From NCBI RefSeq assembly GCF_009914755.1, contig NC_060928.1: a DNA stretch of 64,000 nucleotides. One strand, written 5' to 3'. Each line of letters begins with the position of its first letter. Position 1 is the stretch's first letter. Below the pieces are notes generated by a model. That model saw only the letters and a list, made by a program, of their open reading frames with translations. It was not told the origin of the DNA and ran no database searches. Source of the stretch: the human T2T-CHM13v2.0 reference genome, Homo sapiens. Below, piece by piece: positions 40,712-52,594 of the stretch. Made by a program: the position numbers and the translations under genes.

Positions 40712-41109
40712 CTGGTATTTGGCACAAGGAAAGGAACACTGGAAATGTTTTCCTAAAATTACTAATGGGAACTTTCACTGTGAAGAAGACAACCTTCTTC
40801 ACAGTGAAAGTTCTGCAGGGGATGGCCAAGCCAAGAGTTAGAAATGGCAAAAGATGCCACCAAAAGCTATTATTAATGGATCCACTAGCTAGAAAAAAAA
40901 AAATGATGAGAAGAGCCACCTTTGAGTGGTGTCTGCTGAAAACAAAGTCTTGGAGCTGCCACAGCCATACGTAACTGTCAACTGAAGCTCCATATAATAT
41001 ACTTAGCAATGATCTATTATCCTCTTTAATGAAGGGAAGAGTCTAATAGACTTCTTCCAGGAAATTTGACGGGCTTAAATACCAGAAACTCCTTGCCAGG
41101 GACTCACTG

Positions 41110-41240
41110 AGTTTCATTTAATTCATCAAATATTTATTGAGCACTCAATGTGTGCCAGGCTCTGTGCTAGCTGTCAGAAATACAATGGTGAAAACAGTCT
41201 ACCCTCAAAGAACTTATGCTCCAGAGAGAAACACAATTAT
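41110..41240 (-). mobile_element. LINE-2 3' end
   Basis: 'ttcatttaattcatcaaatatttattgagcactcaatgtgtgccaggctctgtgctag'. Confidence 0.75.
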
Positions 41241-41981
41241 AACAAGTCTGGTTCTCAAATGTCTGATATAGGGTATGATCCAGGCAGAGAGTGTCCCAGT
41301 TCTCCACACTGAGAACCACTACACAACCAGAACTTTAAAAAAATCACAGTACTCCTCTTTTTTAAATAGCAAAAACTGCTTAGCTTTTTTCTGTATTCGA
41401 ATGCTTTACTTTTTTTCTCTCATTTTAAATTTCTCAGCCATTTCACTGGCATCTCAGGCAGCTGCTTTTTCTCCATCTCAGAACAATCAATATATGAACA
41501 TTTTTAAAAGCAAAAAAAAAAATCCAGTTGCAATTTTATTTTTCTGCTGGCATACATGTGCACAATCTTTTGAATTTACATGATGGTGATAACCAGCCGA
41601 AGTCAGCAAGCCTTTCTGAAAAAGCAGTTGATTCAATGATGACAGCTGTGCTGTCATTTCTTATTTAGGCCCAGCTGCCTAATAATAGCAAAGTAATATT
41701 ATTAATAAATTACTGGCATAGCTAGTTAGAGAATGTAACCAATTACATATAGTTTTAAATTCACTACAGGCAAAACGCTCACTAGTTTTCTACGTATGAT
41801 TCACAGTCCTGTCTTCAGTGGTACTGAACCACAGCCTTTGTAGACTAGTCATTAGTATTCAGGATAAGAAACAATTGCTTGGAACAGGAAACACAGAAGC
41901 CAGACATTTGGCAACACCACACAGCATTCACTGCTGAAGTCAACTGGCGAAGCGACTCTGGACTGACAGAAACTGGCCTCT

Positions 41982-42019
41982 GTTGCCATGGAAACAGCAG
42001 TGAACTGTGTTAGTAAACA
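41982..42019. promoter_or_regulatory. RFX X-box plus forkhead motif (candidate enhancer core)
   Basis: GTTGCCATGGAAAC (41982-41995) is a near-palindromic X-box; GTAAACA (42013-42019); surrounding ~41580-42060 is non-repetitive. Confidence 0.5.
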
Positions 42020-42829
42020 GTTTGAGTTCTCTCACCTGCCAGGGCATAAATTCAAATTTTACTGCTGATTTTTAAGTCTACTATTTGTAAGTGACCTATT
42101 TAGGGAGTAAATACTGGAAATCACTCTTCGCTTCAGAAAAAAACATCCAAATCTTTGCAAAAACATCTGAGTCTTAAGGTACCCAAACACAATTAAATGT
42201 AATTGTGCAGAATACCTGACAAAAGCCAGTCTATCTATTCATTCTAATGACTGCCTATTTTGCCAAAAACTAGTTCCTGAAAGTACATAAATAAAATAAA
42301 AATAAAATGGTAAGGAAGTGGAGGTAATGCTAATCCCCAAGAAAAAGACTTTTACAAATTCACAGTGAGGATTCATGCCACTGTTTAATTTTATTTCAAG
42401 CCACATTTATTTTAAATTTCTCCCATCCTCACTCATAGCAAAATGAGCCAAGTAAGGCTGCCTCCTGTCCACTTTAGACTCAAACATCCCATTACCGGAA
42501 TTCCTCTGTCTGGATAATTACAATCATTATTACCCCTAAATTACAAATGCACAAAGTATGACAGAAGAAAAATGTCTTGACTGCAGCAGTTCAGGAAAAC
42601 AGCCATAGTGCGAGCCTCTAATTCTCAGCTCTCTTAATCCACATGTCTCCTAGGTCATTCTGGCTTCATTAAGCTTCTTCCTTCAACTCTTTTCAATTTC
42701 ATGCTAAATTATATTTTTCCATAAAGTCTACAAGTGAAAACATCATTTTGTTTTTTGCTCTAAGTAACCAATTCCCCCTTATCAACAATTGCTAAAATAT
42801 TCCCATTACCCTTTTCTGTGACTTCGACT

Positions 42830-43165
42830 TTCATTCATCAATAAACATTTACCAAGCAAACATTTATAAGTCATGTGCTATATGCTTGGCAAAGGAAGAA
42901 GTGATATAAAGATGAAAAAAAAAGTTTTCTGCTTTTAAAGATGTAGTCTAGTGGGAAAACTAGAAAGAAAGAAAGACAGACAGATAGATAGATAACAATT
43001 TGATAAACACAGTAGCGAAAGTAGACTAAAAGTACAATGGGAACACTGTGAAGAAAAAGCTAATTTTGCTTGGGGAAATAGAGAATGCCACACTGAGAAG
43101 GTGGTATTTTCACCACATCTCAAAGGGTAAATAGGAGTTTTATATGTGGTAGTTAGAAAAGGCAT
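42830..43165 (-). mobile_element. LINE-2 3' fragment
   Basis: 'ttcattcatcaataaacatttaccaagc...tagtctagtggg...aagtacaatgggaacac...gagaaggtggtattt'. Confidence 0.6.
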
Positions 43166-43868
43166 GTACTAAAAAATAATTTTCAAAAAGTTGAAAACAT
43201 TGCTCTCATTCATATATAAAATGAACACGTGTCAAATATTTTATTTGACTTACAGAGATTTATAACCGCTACTGGACAAAATTCATTTGCATTAGTATGA
43301 ACAGGAACCATTTGTATTGCTACAGATAAGAATCATCTGCACTGCTATCAGTTTTCTACAACTTAACTTCTACCACTACGAAATCATAGAATAGTCTAGT
43401 TGACAGAAAGTCGATCAACTCTGCACACACCTATGGAATCAACAGTCCCCACAGGATCTTCTAGATAGCACCCAGTGGTCTCTTTAGTCCATTTCCAAGT
43501 CTTGAACGGTTTATTCTGGCAGAAGAAATAGGCATTCCAGATTTTGGGGAAAGTACATTAAAAACAAAGAGATCTGGAAAAGTAAGTATTTGGAAATGAC
43601 TAAAAATAAGGCAGTAGGAGGAAAGGAAAGTCAATAAAGTCACGGAAAGAAGTTAAGATTACATGGGAATGGGAATTTGGGGCCAAATTGTGAAAGATCT
43701 CACGTGCCATGCAAGAGTATAGACTGTCCAAAAACAGTGGGAAGCCACTGAAGAATTTTAAACCTTGAAGTGTCAAGTTAAAAGATGTTTTTTGTTTCTT
43801 CACCCTTAATGCTTAATCTATTCAAATCTGCATTTTCTACCATTGTGGCTTGTTTTGGAGTATTTCTT

Positions 43869-44177
<309 letters not shown>

Positions 44178-44451
44178 TTAATTTAATATTAAATTTCTTC
44201 CTGTTTGTTTTCTAGACTGTAAAAACGTCTCCATTTTTAATATTTTTTTCACTTATTCAAAGCCCTTAATTCCTCTAGTCCTCTTAGTTATCTCATGATG
44301 TACTTAACATGTTGCTATTCTTTTTTCAAATATAAGTTACACACTTAACTCAGGAAAATCCAATGGCCCTAATTTTCACTCAAGGGCATATCTGAGAGAC
44401 CACCTATTTTTTAGGGACAGTGTTGTCTGAATTAAAAATATATGGTACTTC

Positions 44452-44548
44452 AGTGGTAAAGGAATTGCAAATGAAATAATGTGTCATCACTTACACCCAC
44501 CAGAGTGTTTAAAATTAAAATACTAGTAATACCAAAAACAAACAAACA
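44452..44548 (+). mobile_element. Tiny L1-mediated retro-insertion of old L1M-like sequence
   Basis: Perfect 18-bp TSD AAAAATATATGGTACTTC (44434-51 / 44549-66) at a TT|AAAA site; ATTAAA at 44514; A/CAAA tail from 44534. Confidence 0.8.
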
Positions 44549-45015
44549 AAAAATATATGGTACTTCTTGATTATTTAGTATTATGCACCTATATTATACT
44601 TGAAGGACATTAACATTTATTTTACTGAGCCTTTTTCCAAATATTTTTAAAAATTCTGACCTATTGTTGAAACACATTTTATTTATAATAATGTGATATA
44701 TAATACATATAACTTGTGTTATATCCCTGTTAGTTTCATATTAGGAAAAGACTCCCATCCATAAATGCTAACCTAGTAAAGAGTCATGTAGATTCTGGGA
44801 AATTAAAGCAATTCTTACTGTTTTGTTTTAAGGTTATTCCTCTGAGAAAGCTTATGTTTCCATTATGTAAGATTTAGAATCATTTTCAATAACTAAATGA
44901 TAGTCATGTACTAGAATTAAAACTATTAAGAATCTAAGAAAAGGTAATCCTGAAATATAGTGGTACGGCAGAAGAGATATTTCATTTTCCTAAGTTTTAA
45001 TAACAACAAAATCAA

Positions 45016-45312
45016 GGCCGGGCACCGTGGTTTATGCCTGTAATCCCAGCACTTTGGGAGGCTAAGGTGGGGGAATCACCTGAGGTCAGGAGTTCAAGAC
45101 CAGCATGGCCAACATGGCAAAACCCTGTCTCTACTAAAAATACAAAAATTAGCCAAGCATGGTGGCCAGTGCCTGTAATCCCAGCTACTTGGGAGGCTGA
45201 GGCAGGAGAATCACTTGAACCCGGGAGGCGGAGGTGTCAGTGAGCCGAGATCACACCACTACACTACAGCCTGGGCGACAAGAGGGAGACTCCATCTCCA
45301 AAAAAAAAAAAA
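45016..45312 (+). mobile_element. AluSx-like
   Basis: Full dimer with poly-A; TSD AAAATCAA. Confidence 0.96.
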
Positions 45313-45499
45313 AAAATCAAAACAGACAATCACTTTCTTTTTAAGACAAGCAGGAGTCTATTGTAATACACTTTTAATCAAGGAAATGGAATCAATTGTC
45401 ATGCTTAATATTATCACAATTTAAAATAATACAACTGGCAAATAAAGAAATAGATAATTTGTTTGATATTATTGGGACTTCATTTTATATACACTAATA

Positions 45500-45964
45500 C
45501 AGGAATTACCAAACTTTTTACCCAGATGCTCTTAAAAATAATTGAGGACCCAAAAGAGCTTCTATTTATGATCATTATATCTATCAGATTTACTGTATCA
45601 GAAATTAAGCTAAAAATGTTTAAATATTAATGTAAGTAGCCACAATAAACCCATTAAACGTTAGCAAAATTAATGTATGATTTTAAAAAACTATATGTTT
45701 TAAAATGTGTGAGAAGAGTGGCAGTGTTTTATATTTTTGCAAATCTATTTAATATCTTCCTTAATAGAGGATAGCTAGATTCTCATTCAATCTATTGTGA
45801 TATCACATATCATGTGGCCTCTACTGTACATTCCAGAAAGGATGAGCATGAAAAAGGCAAATAGTATTTTTGCAGTATTATGAAAATACTTTTTGACTTG
45901 CACATTTCTTGCAAGTATCTCAGAGACTTCCAGGGGACCCCAAATCATACTTTGCAAACAACTG
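45500..45964. mobile_element. hAT Charlie1-type non-autonomous element
   Basis: 'attgaggacccaaaagagctt...gtgagaagagtggcagtgttttatatttttgcaaatct...ccaggggacccc...actttgcaaacaactg'; CAG...CTG termini. Confidence 0.75.
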
Positions 45965-46859
45965 CACTAATGTGTTCACTCAAAACTACTTTGAATGAAT
46001 GTGTCCATTAGCAAATCAGTTGCATCAGTTTAAGAATTCCAAAGATATTATTACATTAGTTTTAAAACAGTAATTACAGTGTAGTGTGCCCAGAAATATT
46101 ATAGAAAACAAAATATACACTATAATACATTATAATTTTCTCCTTCAATATAACAAAATGAAAAATAAATTTCCTTAGAGGGAAAATCAAAGAAAAATGT
46201 GGCATATATTTGCTGTTCACTTGGGAAAATTTCAGCAATTAAAAACAGATTGAACTCTAACATTTTTCTGACATAGCCTTTGCCCATTAGATGAAAATCT
46301 TGCCATGAAGGCCACGAGTACTAATGTTGCAATAATAATTACTCTCCGTGTGCCCACATTTATATGTAGTCTTTGTGGAGGGAAATATCTCACTTTGAAT
46401 TCTGGGTATTTTACATGGCTGAGATAAGCTTAGAGTCTATAATTCAAGCACGGGTCTAGTGACTTTCTAAATCTGGGCAGTCATTCAAATTGTAAACCAA
46501 GTAGCATAAGAAGAGCCAGATGAGTAAATGAAGCATAACTAGGGTGATATACTGGGGGAAAAAAGAAGCAAAACTCAAAATCTTCTTCTGACTCACAGTG
46601 GCATAAATTGAGATTCCAGTTCTCTGAGCTACATTTTCAGAAGAGGTCCTTTCTGGTCCATTACTTAGAAAATAAATATGTCTTTACATAGTCTACCTTG
46701 TAATAGAAGGACTCCATGGGCTCACATTGCACAGTTTCAGGTGAGTTTTTAATATGCTAAAGGCAGATCTTAGAGCCTTTCTGATTTTGTACCTGAGAGG
46801 TACTTAGAGTGATGAAAGCTCAATTCCATTCAACTGGCCTAATACTTTTTACAAGGAAC

Positions 46860-47700
46860 TCATACATGTATGCATGAGTGTGGGAACTAGGGAGTTGAAC
46901 CAGTGTTATAAAATGTGATGTTGATTATAACACAAGGAACTTTAAGGGAAGTGCAAAGGGCTATAGAAATGCATAAAGAAAAGAGAATGTTGTAAGTTAG
47001 AGAAAGGAGAAAGAGTTAGTGGTGTGAGACAGACATATGCAGGCAAATAAGATTTTAAAAGGTGGAAATGAGAACCAAGGTTATCCCAGGGGAAAGAAAT
47101 AGCTTTAAAAGAATGCAAAGACCAAAAACAGAAACATATGACTCACATTCAGGAAACTGTGAAGAGTCTAGTTTGGTTGGGACATAGATTTGTTGGGCAA
47201 ATAGGGGACATTAATAGGGAATAGTAGAGTGGTGGAATATTGTCAAGGTCCTTCATTTCCAGGGTGAAAAGTGTGTAGTTAATTCTAAGGCAAGAGGGAA
47301 TCATTAAAGATTTTAGTAGTAGTCTCAGAGTCTTGCATCAGATGGATTTAGAGAAAACAGAGGTAGGACACCAGCACACAACTGTTGTCTAAGTCAAGGC
47401 AAGAAGCAATGAATGGGTCCTAAGCTATAGCTCTAGCTGCAGAATTATAGAGGCAAGAAACATTTTCCCAGACAAAACTATAAAGTGAACCAACAGGTGA
47501 ATATAACAATTAACAGAGAAAGGCCTGTCGAAAATGACTCAGATTCTGACACTAGTCCATTAGGGAAATGATGATATCATTCGTACTAAAAGGGAAGTAC
47601 AAAAAAAGAGAATTGATTTGGGAGAAAGAAAATGGTTATTGAACACATTAAATTTCAGAATAGAGGTTAAGTGAGCATTTGAAAATAGAGAGTAGGTGCT
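46860..47700 (-). mobile_element. LINE-2 fragment (highly diverged)
   Basis: 'caggaaactgtgaagagtctagtttggttggga...gggaatcattaaagatttt...aatgactcagattctg...ttgaacacattaaattt'. Confidence 0.55.
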
Positions 47701-49069
47701 GAGACTCCTCTATTTGTGATCTTTATACATCTCTTAATACCTTAAGCTTCCAAAGGGGTGGGAGATAAGAAAGAGTTTCTTATCTAATTGAAAAAAGAGA
47801 TTGATTTTTATCATTTCATTTTCTTGCAAAGAATGAAACATCTGGCATTATCCTATATTTCTGCTATAGCTTAAAATGAGTACAGTCTTCCTACAAGCTG
47901 CCACTTTTCTTTGCTGAATTGCTGTCTTGAAGATTAGACAGAGGAAAAAGAAAAGGGGAAAAAATAAACTTGTAAGAGGACATGATAATTGAATATCTCT
48001 ATGCCTCTATTTTTAGATAAATTCCTGCAGGCCATCCCCACTTTTGCAAGTGAGAATGTGTTTCATGACATGATTTAGTTAAATTATAAATAGTCCATTT
48101 AGATGCATCTATCCAAGAATAATACCCACAAACTACTTACTGATGAATCGTCGGGCTTTTAGCTTAGTTTAGAATAGACTGGGGGAATGATGCATCTATT
48201 CTGCTGACCTAGAAGAAAGATTCCCAAAGCTACCTGGGATTTGAAAGAAAGCATACCATTTAAAAATAAATGACCATCTACCTTTTCTGCTAAATTTGTT
48301 AATATGAACTGGTATTCAATTGAAGTTATTAAAGCTAACTGTTCTGATATTTAAATTGTATTCAGTAAACTTCATTTCATTTCATAATACTAAAAATTCT
48401 CAATATGGTGATGAATGAGTTAACATATAAAAAGTCCTTAGAATAGCTCCTGGCACATAGTCAGGTGCTATTTAAATACTGCTATCATCATCATTATTAT
48501 CACACTCATCAATAACATATACACATTTTATATCCTACAATCTTTACATTAAAATGGAAAAAAATAAATCATTTTAAATTCAAAGTCTTATGGGACAGTA
48601 TTCTTTGCTGGCACTGATATCTTGCCCCTATTTTGGTTTTTTGTTATTTATTTGGTAACTTGCCTCCTTATTTAAAAGTTCTACTGCATAATATATAACT
48701 GAAATAAAAAGTAATTGAGGCTGTAAAGCAGTCCCACATTCCCCACTGATGCTGCTCAGCGTGAATATCTCTGCCTTTCCATCGCTGGGGCAGGCAAACC
48801 ATGGTCAGATACACAGAACAGATGAACTCCGGCATGCAGATCTTCTTGACCTCTCTGTGCACAAGCATTGCATCAATATAATAGGTGAAGGAGGCATATG
48901 CTCAGGAACTAAAGACCAAGGGCTACATTGCCTTCAGCCACCTGCAGCCTACATTCAACAGTCTGCACGGTAATTGCATTAAGGAGATGCTTCCAGCAAT
49001 ACTGAAGTAACCAGAAAATCAACAACTGGGGCTTTTTCCATTTCTGGCTATAACCTAGAAATCGTTCGT

Positions 49070-49300
49070 GGTGGTCAAAAGTATGCCCCCAGAGCCAATT
49101 AGTCTCGATTCAATTCCAGCACTGCTACCAAGGTGTGTGATCTTGGGCAAGTTACTAACCTCTCTCTTCCTCAGTGACAATTTCACAAAACGGACATAAT
49201 AAAGGGATATTCTCCATTGAACTGTTAAGAAGAATCAGAGTGAAGACATGGGAGGAAGTTAAAGCAGTGCCCGGCATGTAGCAAGTGCTTAATAAACGCA
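49070..49300 (+). mobile_element. MIR SINE
   Basis: 'ttcaattccagcactgctacc...gtgtgatcttgggcaagttactaacctctct...cagtgcccggcatgtagcaagtgcttaataaa'. Confidence 0.8.
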
Positions 49301-49385
49301 ACCTAAGCTTGCAACAATATGTGCCAGGCCACATACAGGCCTAAAGATTAAGCACTACACCACTATCCTTTGAACTGTTTGAGCC

Positions 49386-49844
49386 TGTGAAAGGAAAATA
49401 TCTCAGGCCCCAAAATCACTAAGGAAAATTCAAGCTGGAAACTGCTTAAGGCAAACCTGTCTCCCATTCTATTCAAAGTTATCCCTCTGCTCACTGAGAT
49501 ACATGCTTTATCTGATTGCCTCCTTTGGAAAGGCTAATCAGAAACTCAAAAGAATGCAACCACTTATTTCTCACCTATCTCTGACCTGGAAGCTCCCTCC
49601 CCCTTTTCTAGACTTCCTGCCCTTGCTTCAGGATGTCCCACCTTTCCAGATGGAACCAAAGTACTTCTTACATGTATTGATTCATGTCTCATGTCTCCCT
49701 AAAATGTATAAAACCAAGCCGTGCCCCGACCACCTTGGGCACATGTCAGGATTTCCTGAGGCTGTGTCACAGGCCCATCCTAAATCTTGGCAAAATAAAC
49801 TTTCTAAATTAACTGAGACCTATCTCTGATTTTCTGGGTTCACA
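49386..49844 (+). mobile_element. MER4A-like ERV1 solo LTR
   Basis: 'tgtgaaaggaaaata...ccccaaaatcactaag...cctttggaaaggctaatcagaaactcaaaagaatgcaacc...ggcaaaataaactttctaaattaactgagac...gggttcaca'. Confidence 0.88.
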
Positions 49845-50512
49845 AGACATATGTTAGTAACATCATTCTAAGTGAATTTGCAATGCCCTCTATTTTGGCT
49901 TTTATTTGAAAATACAGAGAATATATTTATTGAATATGGGTCATCCATTTTTATACCAAGTAATATACGACTGAATGACTTGATGAAGTGTGAAGGTTTC
50001 TGATCAACGTGCATAGTACATTGGATTTACCACAAGTAACTTTCTTATAAGCAACATAAATATGATATTACTATTGTGAAAATACCAGTATAACATGTCA
50101 AGGGAAAAGTTGATTCTAAAATTTCTGGCAGCCTTGAAACCTATTGAAATGCTTTCACCTTCCTAAACTTGAGTCTTATTTTTAATATATAGTTCACTTC
50201 CTTGAGACACTATTTATGATGGCTTGCTCTCTGTTATTTTTTTCCTAATTTCTCACTGTGTGATTTAGTGGTTTTTTTCTTCTCAAGGAAGGTTCTTTAT
50301 TCCTTTCCTGCTGTGGAATGTTTTTCATGATGGCAATTTTAATTATTTACTCCACATCTCCTACTGTGGCACAGGTCAGAACATTAGAACATTACTTTTA
50401 AGATGGGCTGTTATATAGGTTTCCTGTAAGAGTCCAAGATCAAAGTCAGACCCACAGATACACAATATTAAGACACCTGATCCCAAGCACTATATGATTA
50501 CACAGTTTTAAG

Positions 50513-50514
<2 letters not shown>

Positions 50515-50547
<33 letters not shown>
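50515..50547. repeat. (CA)n microsatellite, ~16 units
   Basis: Uninterrupted AC run. Confidence 0.95.
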
Positions 50548-50551
<4 letters not shown>

Positions 50552-51574
50552 TGCACCCCAACAGAGTCAACCATGTGGGCTGTGCATATTTGTCCTGAAA
50601 AACAAACATCTAAGCTAATATGCAAACAAATGTAACACATATTGCTTGAATAGTATAAATGTATTAATATCAACAAAAAATGACTCAACATTAATAAGGA
50701 AGCTTAAAAGATAAAATACTAAGGAGGAGAAAGTTATAAACCACAAATCCTAGGCTCTCGTCTTATTATTCATTAGTTTTATAGATAATCCAAGGTAAAT
50801 CTTTACCTCTTTTATGATTCTCAGTTTTTCCATCATGACTATATAAACTCTTTTAATGGCACTGATCTTACATTATAGGATACCTTTAGGATAGTTCTTG
50901 TTTGGAATTTGAGGACCTCTACCTTCAACACTGTCACAATGAAAAACAGATTTTATTATTTTGTGGAGAGCAAATGAGACTTTAAAGGACTGTAACTACA
51001 TTTAACTACATTTTGTCAGCAAATGATGACAACTTCTAACTCTCCCTTTGCAGAAATAGTCTACATATCTAGTAGTTTCTACCCCAAGTATGATGGTAGA
51101 AATGGTGAGACTCTTTATTCCTAGGTGTGTTGCCTGCTTCTGGTTACAGACATTTGGTTATGTCAAAGGCAAGCCCTCTGTCACATGCCTCTCTAAAAAG
51201 AGAATCACACTGGTCCCAGGATCCAGAACACTTGGGACTACTGAAGAATTCCACTTTCAGGCAAAAGACAGGAAGTGTGAAGACACTGTCTGGGTGTTAA
51301 AATCACTGTGTTTCATAAGAAACAAATAGAAAGATCAATCCCTCGATCAGACTCTATCTCTCGTTCTTCTACACCTTCTCTTTTATTATTTTATAAAAGA
51401 ATCAAAATAGCCAATAGAAGGAAAGCATCTCAAAATGGGGCAGACTCATAAAAAACTATTATTTTGTATACATCCTTATCCTATCTGACCATGATTTCTT
51501 CTGGAATTAACAATGACAAAACTAATAAACTCACAAGTCAGTACTATGTGCATTCTGTACTAATAAATATATAT

Positions 51575-51900
51575 GGACATAGAATTGGAAGTTTGAGACC
51601 ATTGTCCAATCCAATTGAGGCATCCTTCCTTCATCCTGACACTGGTTATCCAGTTTAAATACTTCTAGTGACAAGCAGCTTGTGACCACATGAAACAATT
51701 TCTTCTATTTTTGGACAGAACTAATGGTTTTAAATGCTGCTCTTTATATTAAACTAACATGGACATCACTAGTAATTCTATTTAGTCATCACAGTACATG
51801 CTTTCTTGGACTCTATATACCATATTCTAATTTTTATTACGTGTGACTAGTTTTCACATATGAAAATACCCATAATGTCCTTCCAAGTGCTCCTTACTCA
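51575..51900 (-). mobile_element. L3/CR1-like fragment
   Basis: 'ggttatccag...aaatacttctagtgacaagcagct...tatttttggacagaactaatggtt...ctttatattaaactaa'. Confidence 0.5.
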
Positions 51901-52449
51901 CCGTATATATAAAGCAACTTATTGGAAATATTTCTGAAACTTGCCGGACTTCTGGTTGAAAGGTGAATAGCAAATGTATTACATTGTATCTGGAATACTG
52001 TCCGAAAATTAGAATTCAAACTCTTTCACAATAAATTTAAGGTTTTTCACATAGTCTAACTCACTACAATTCTCTCAGAGTTAATGATTTAGATGAAACA
52101 ATGTAAATAGGGACTGCAGGATATTAAGTGATATCTAACAAAGATCATTTCCCAAATTCATGTTACAGTGGTTCCTGGTTTAGCTGGAATTCAGGGAACG
52201 ACACTAGGAGTGTTTTGTAATCAGAAGAATCCAGCATCAGACAGTCCGACCAGACAGGAAATTGATTTGTCAGTCTTACACTTAAAAACTTAATAGTGGA
52301 GAAACAGTATTGGATTGTCTATGTTCAATTTCACAGCAATTTCCTGGCATTAGTGTAAGGAACACAAAGCTATGTGTACTTTTGGCGTTGATATTATTTA
52401 AGCTGGTATTCTAAGCTTATGAGCATAAATTCTTTATTGTTTTTCGCAA

Positions 52450-52592
52450 GTATATACATATTTGTATGCCCTTGTAGATACATATGTAGGCATATACATA
52501 CATGTACATAAATATGTAGGCATATACATACATATGCATATATAAATACATGAATACATATATATACACACACATAGATAGATAGATAGATA
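52450..52592. repeat. Compound purine-pyrimidine microsatellite (TATG/TACA/GATA)
   Basis: 'atatgtaggcatatacatacat' twice, followed by (TA)/(CA) and (GATA)n. Confidence 0.85.
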
Positions 52593-52594
52593 TA

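Noticed and set aside
40587-41009. 140-aa minus ORF and overlapping plus ORFs
   Set aside because: They partly span MER20, have no recognisable domain and lack convincing splice sites.
41340-41500. Minus-strand lysine-rich frame (ASEMAEKFKMREKK...) as a pseudo-exon
   Set aside because: In-frame stops are present and the composition is explained by T-rich low-complexity sequence.
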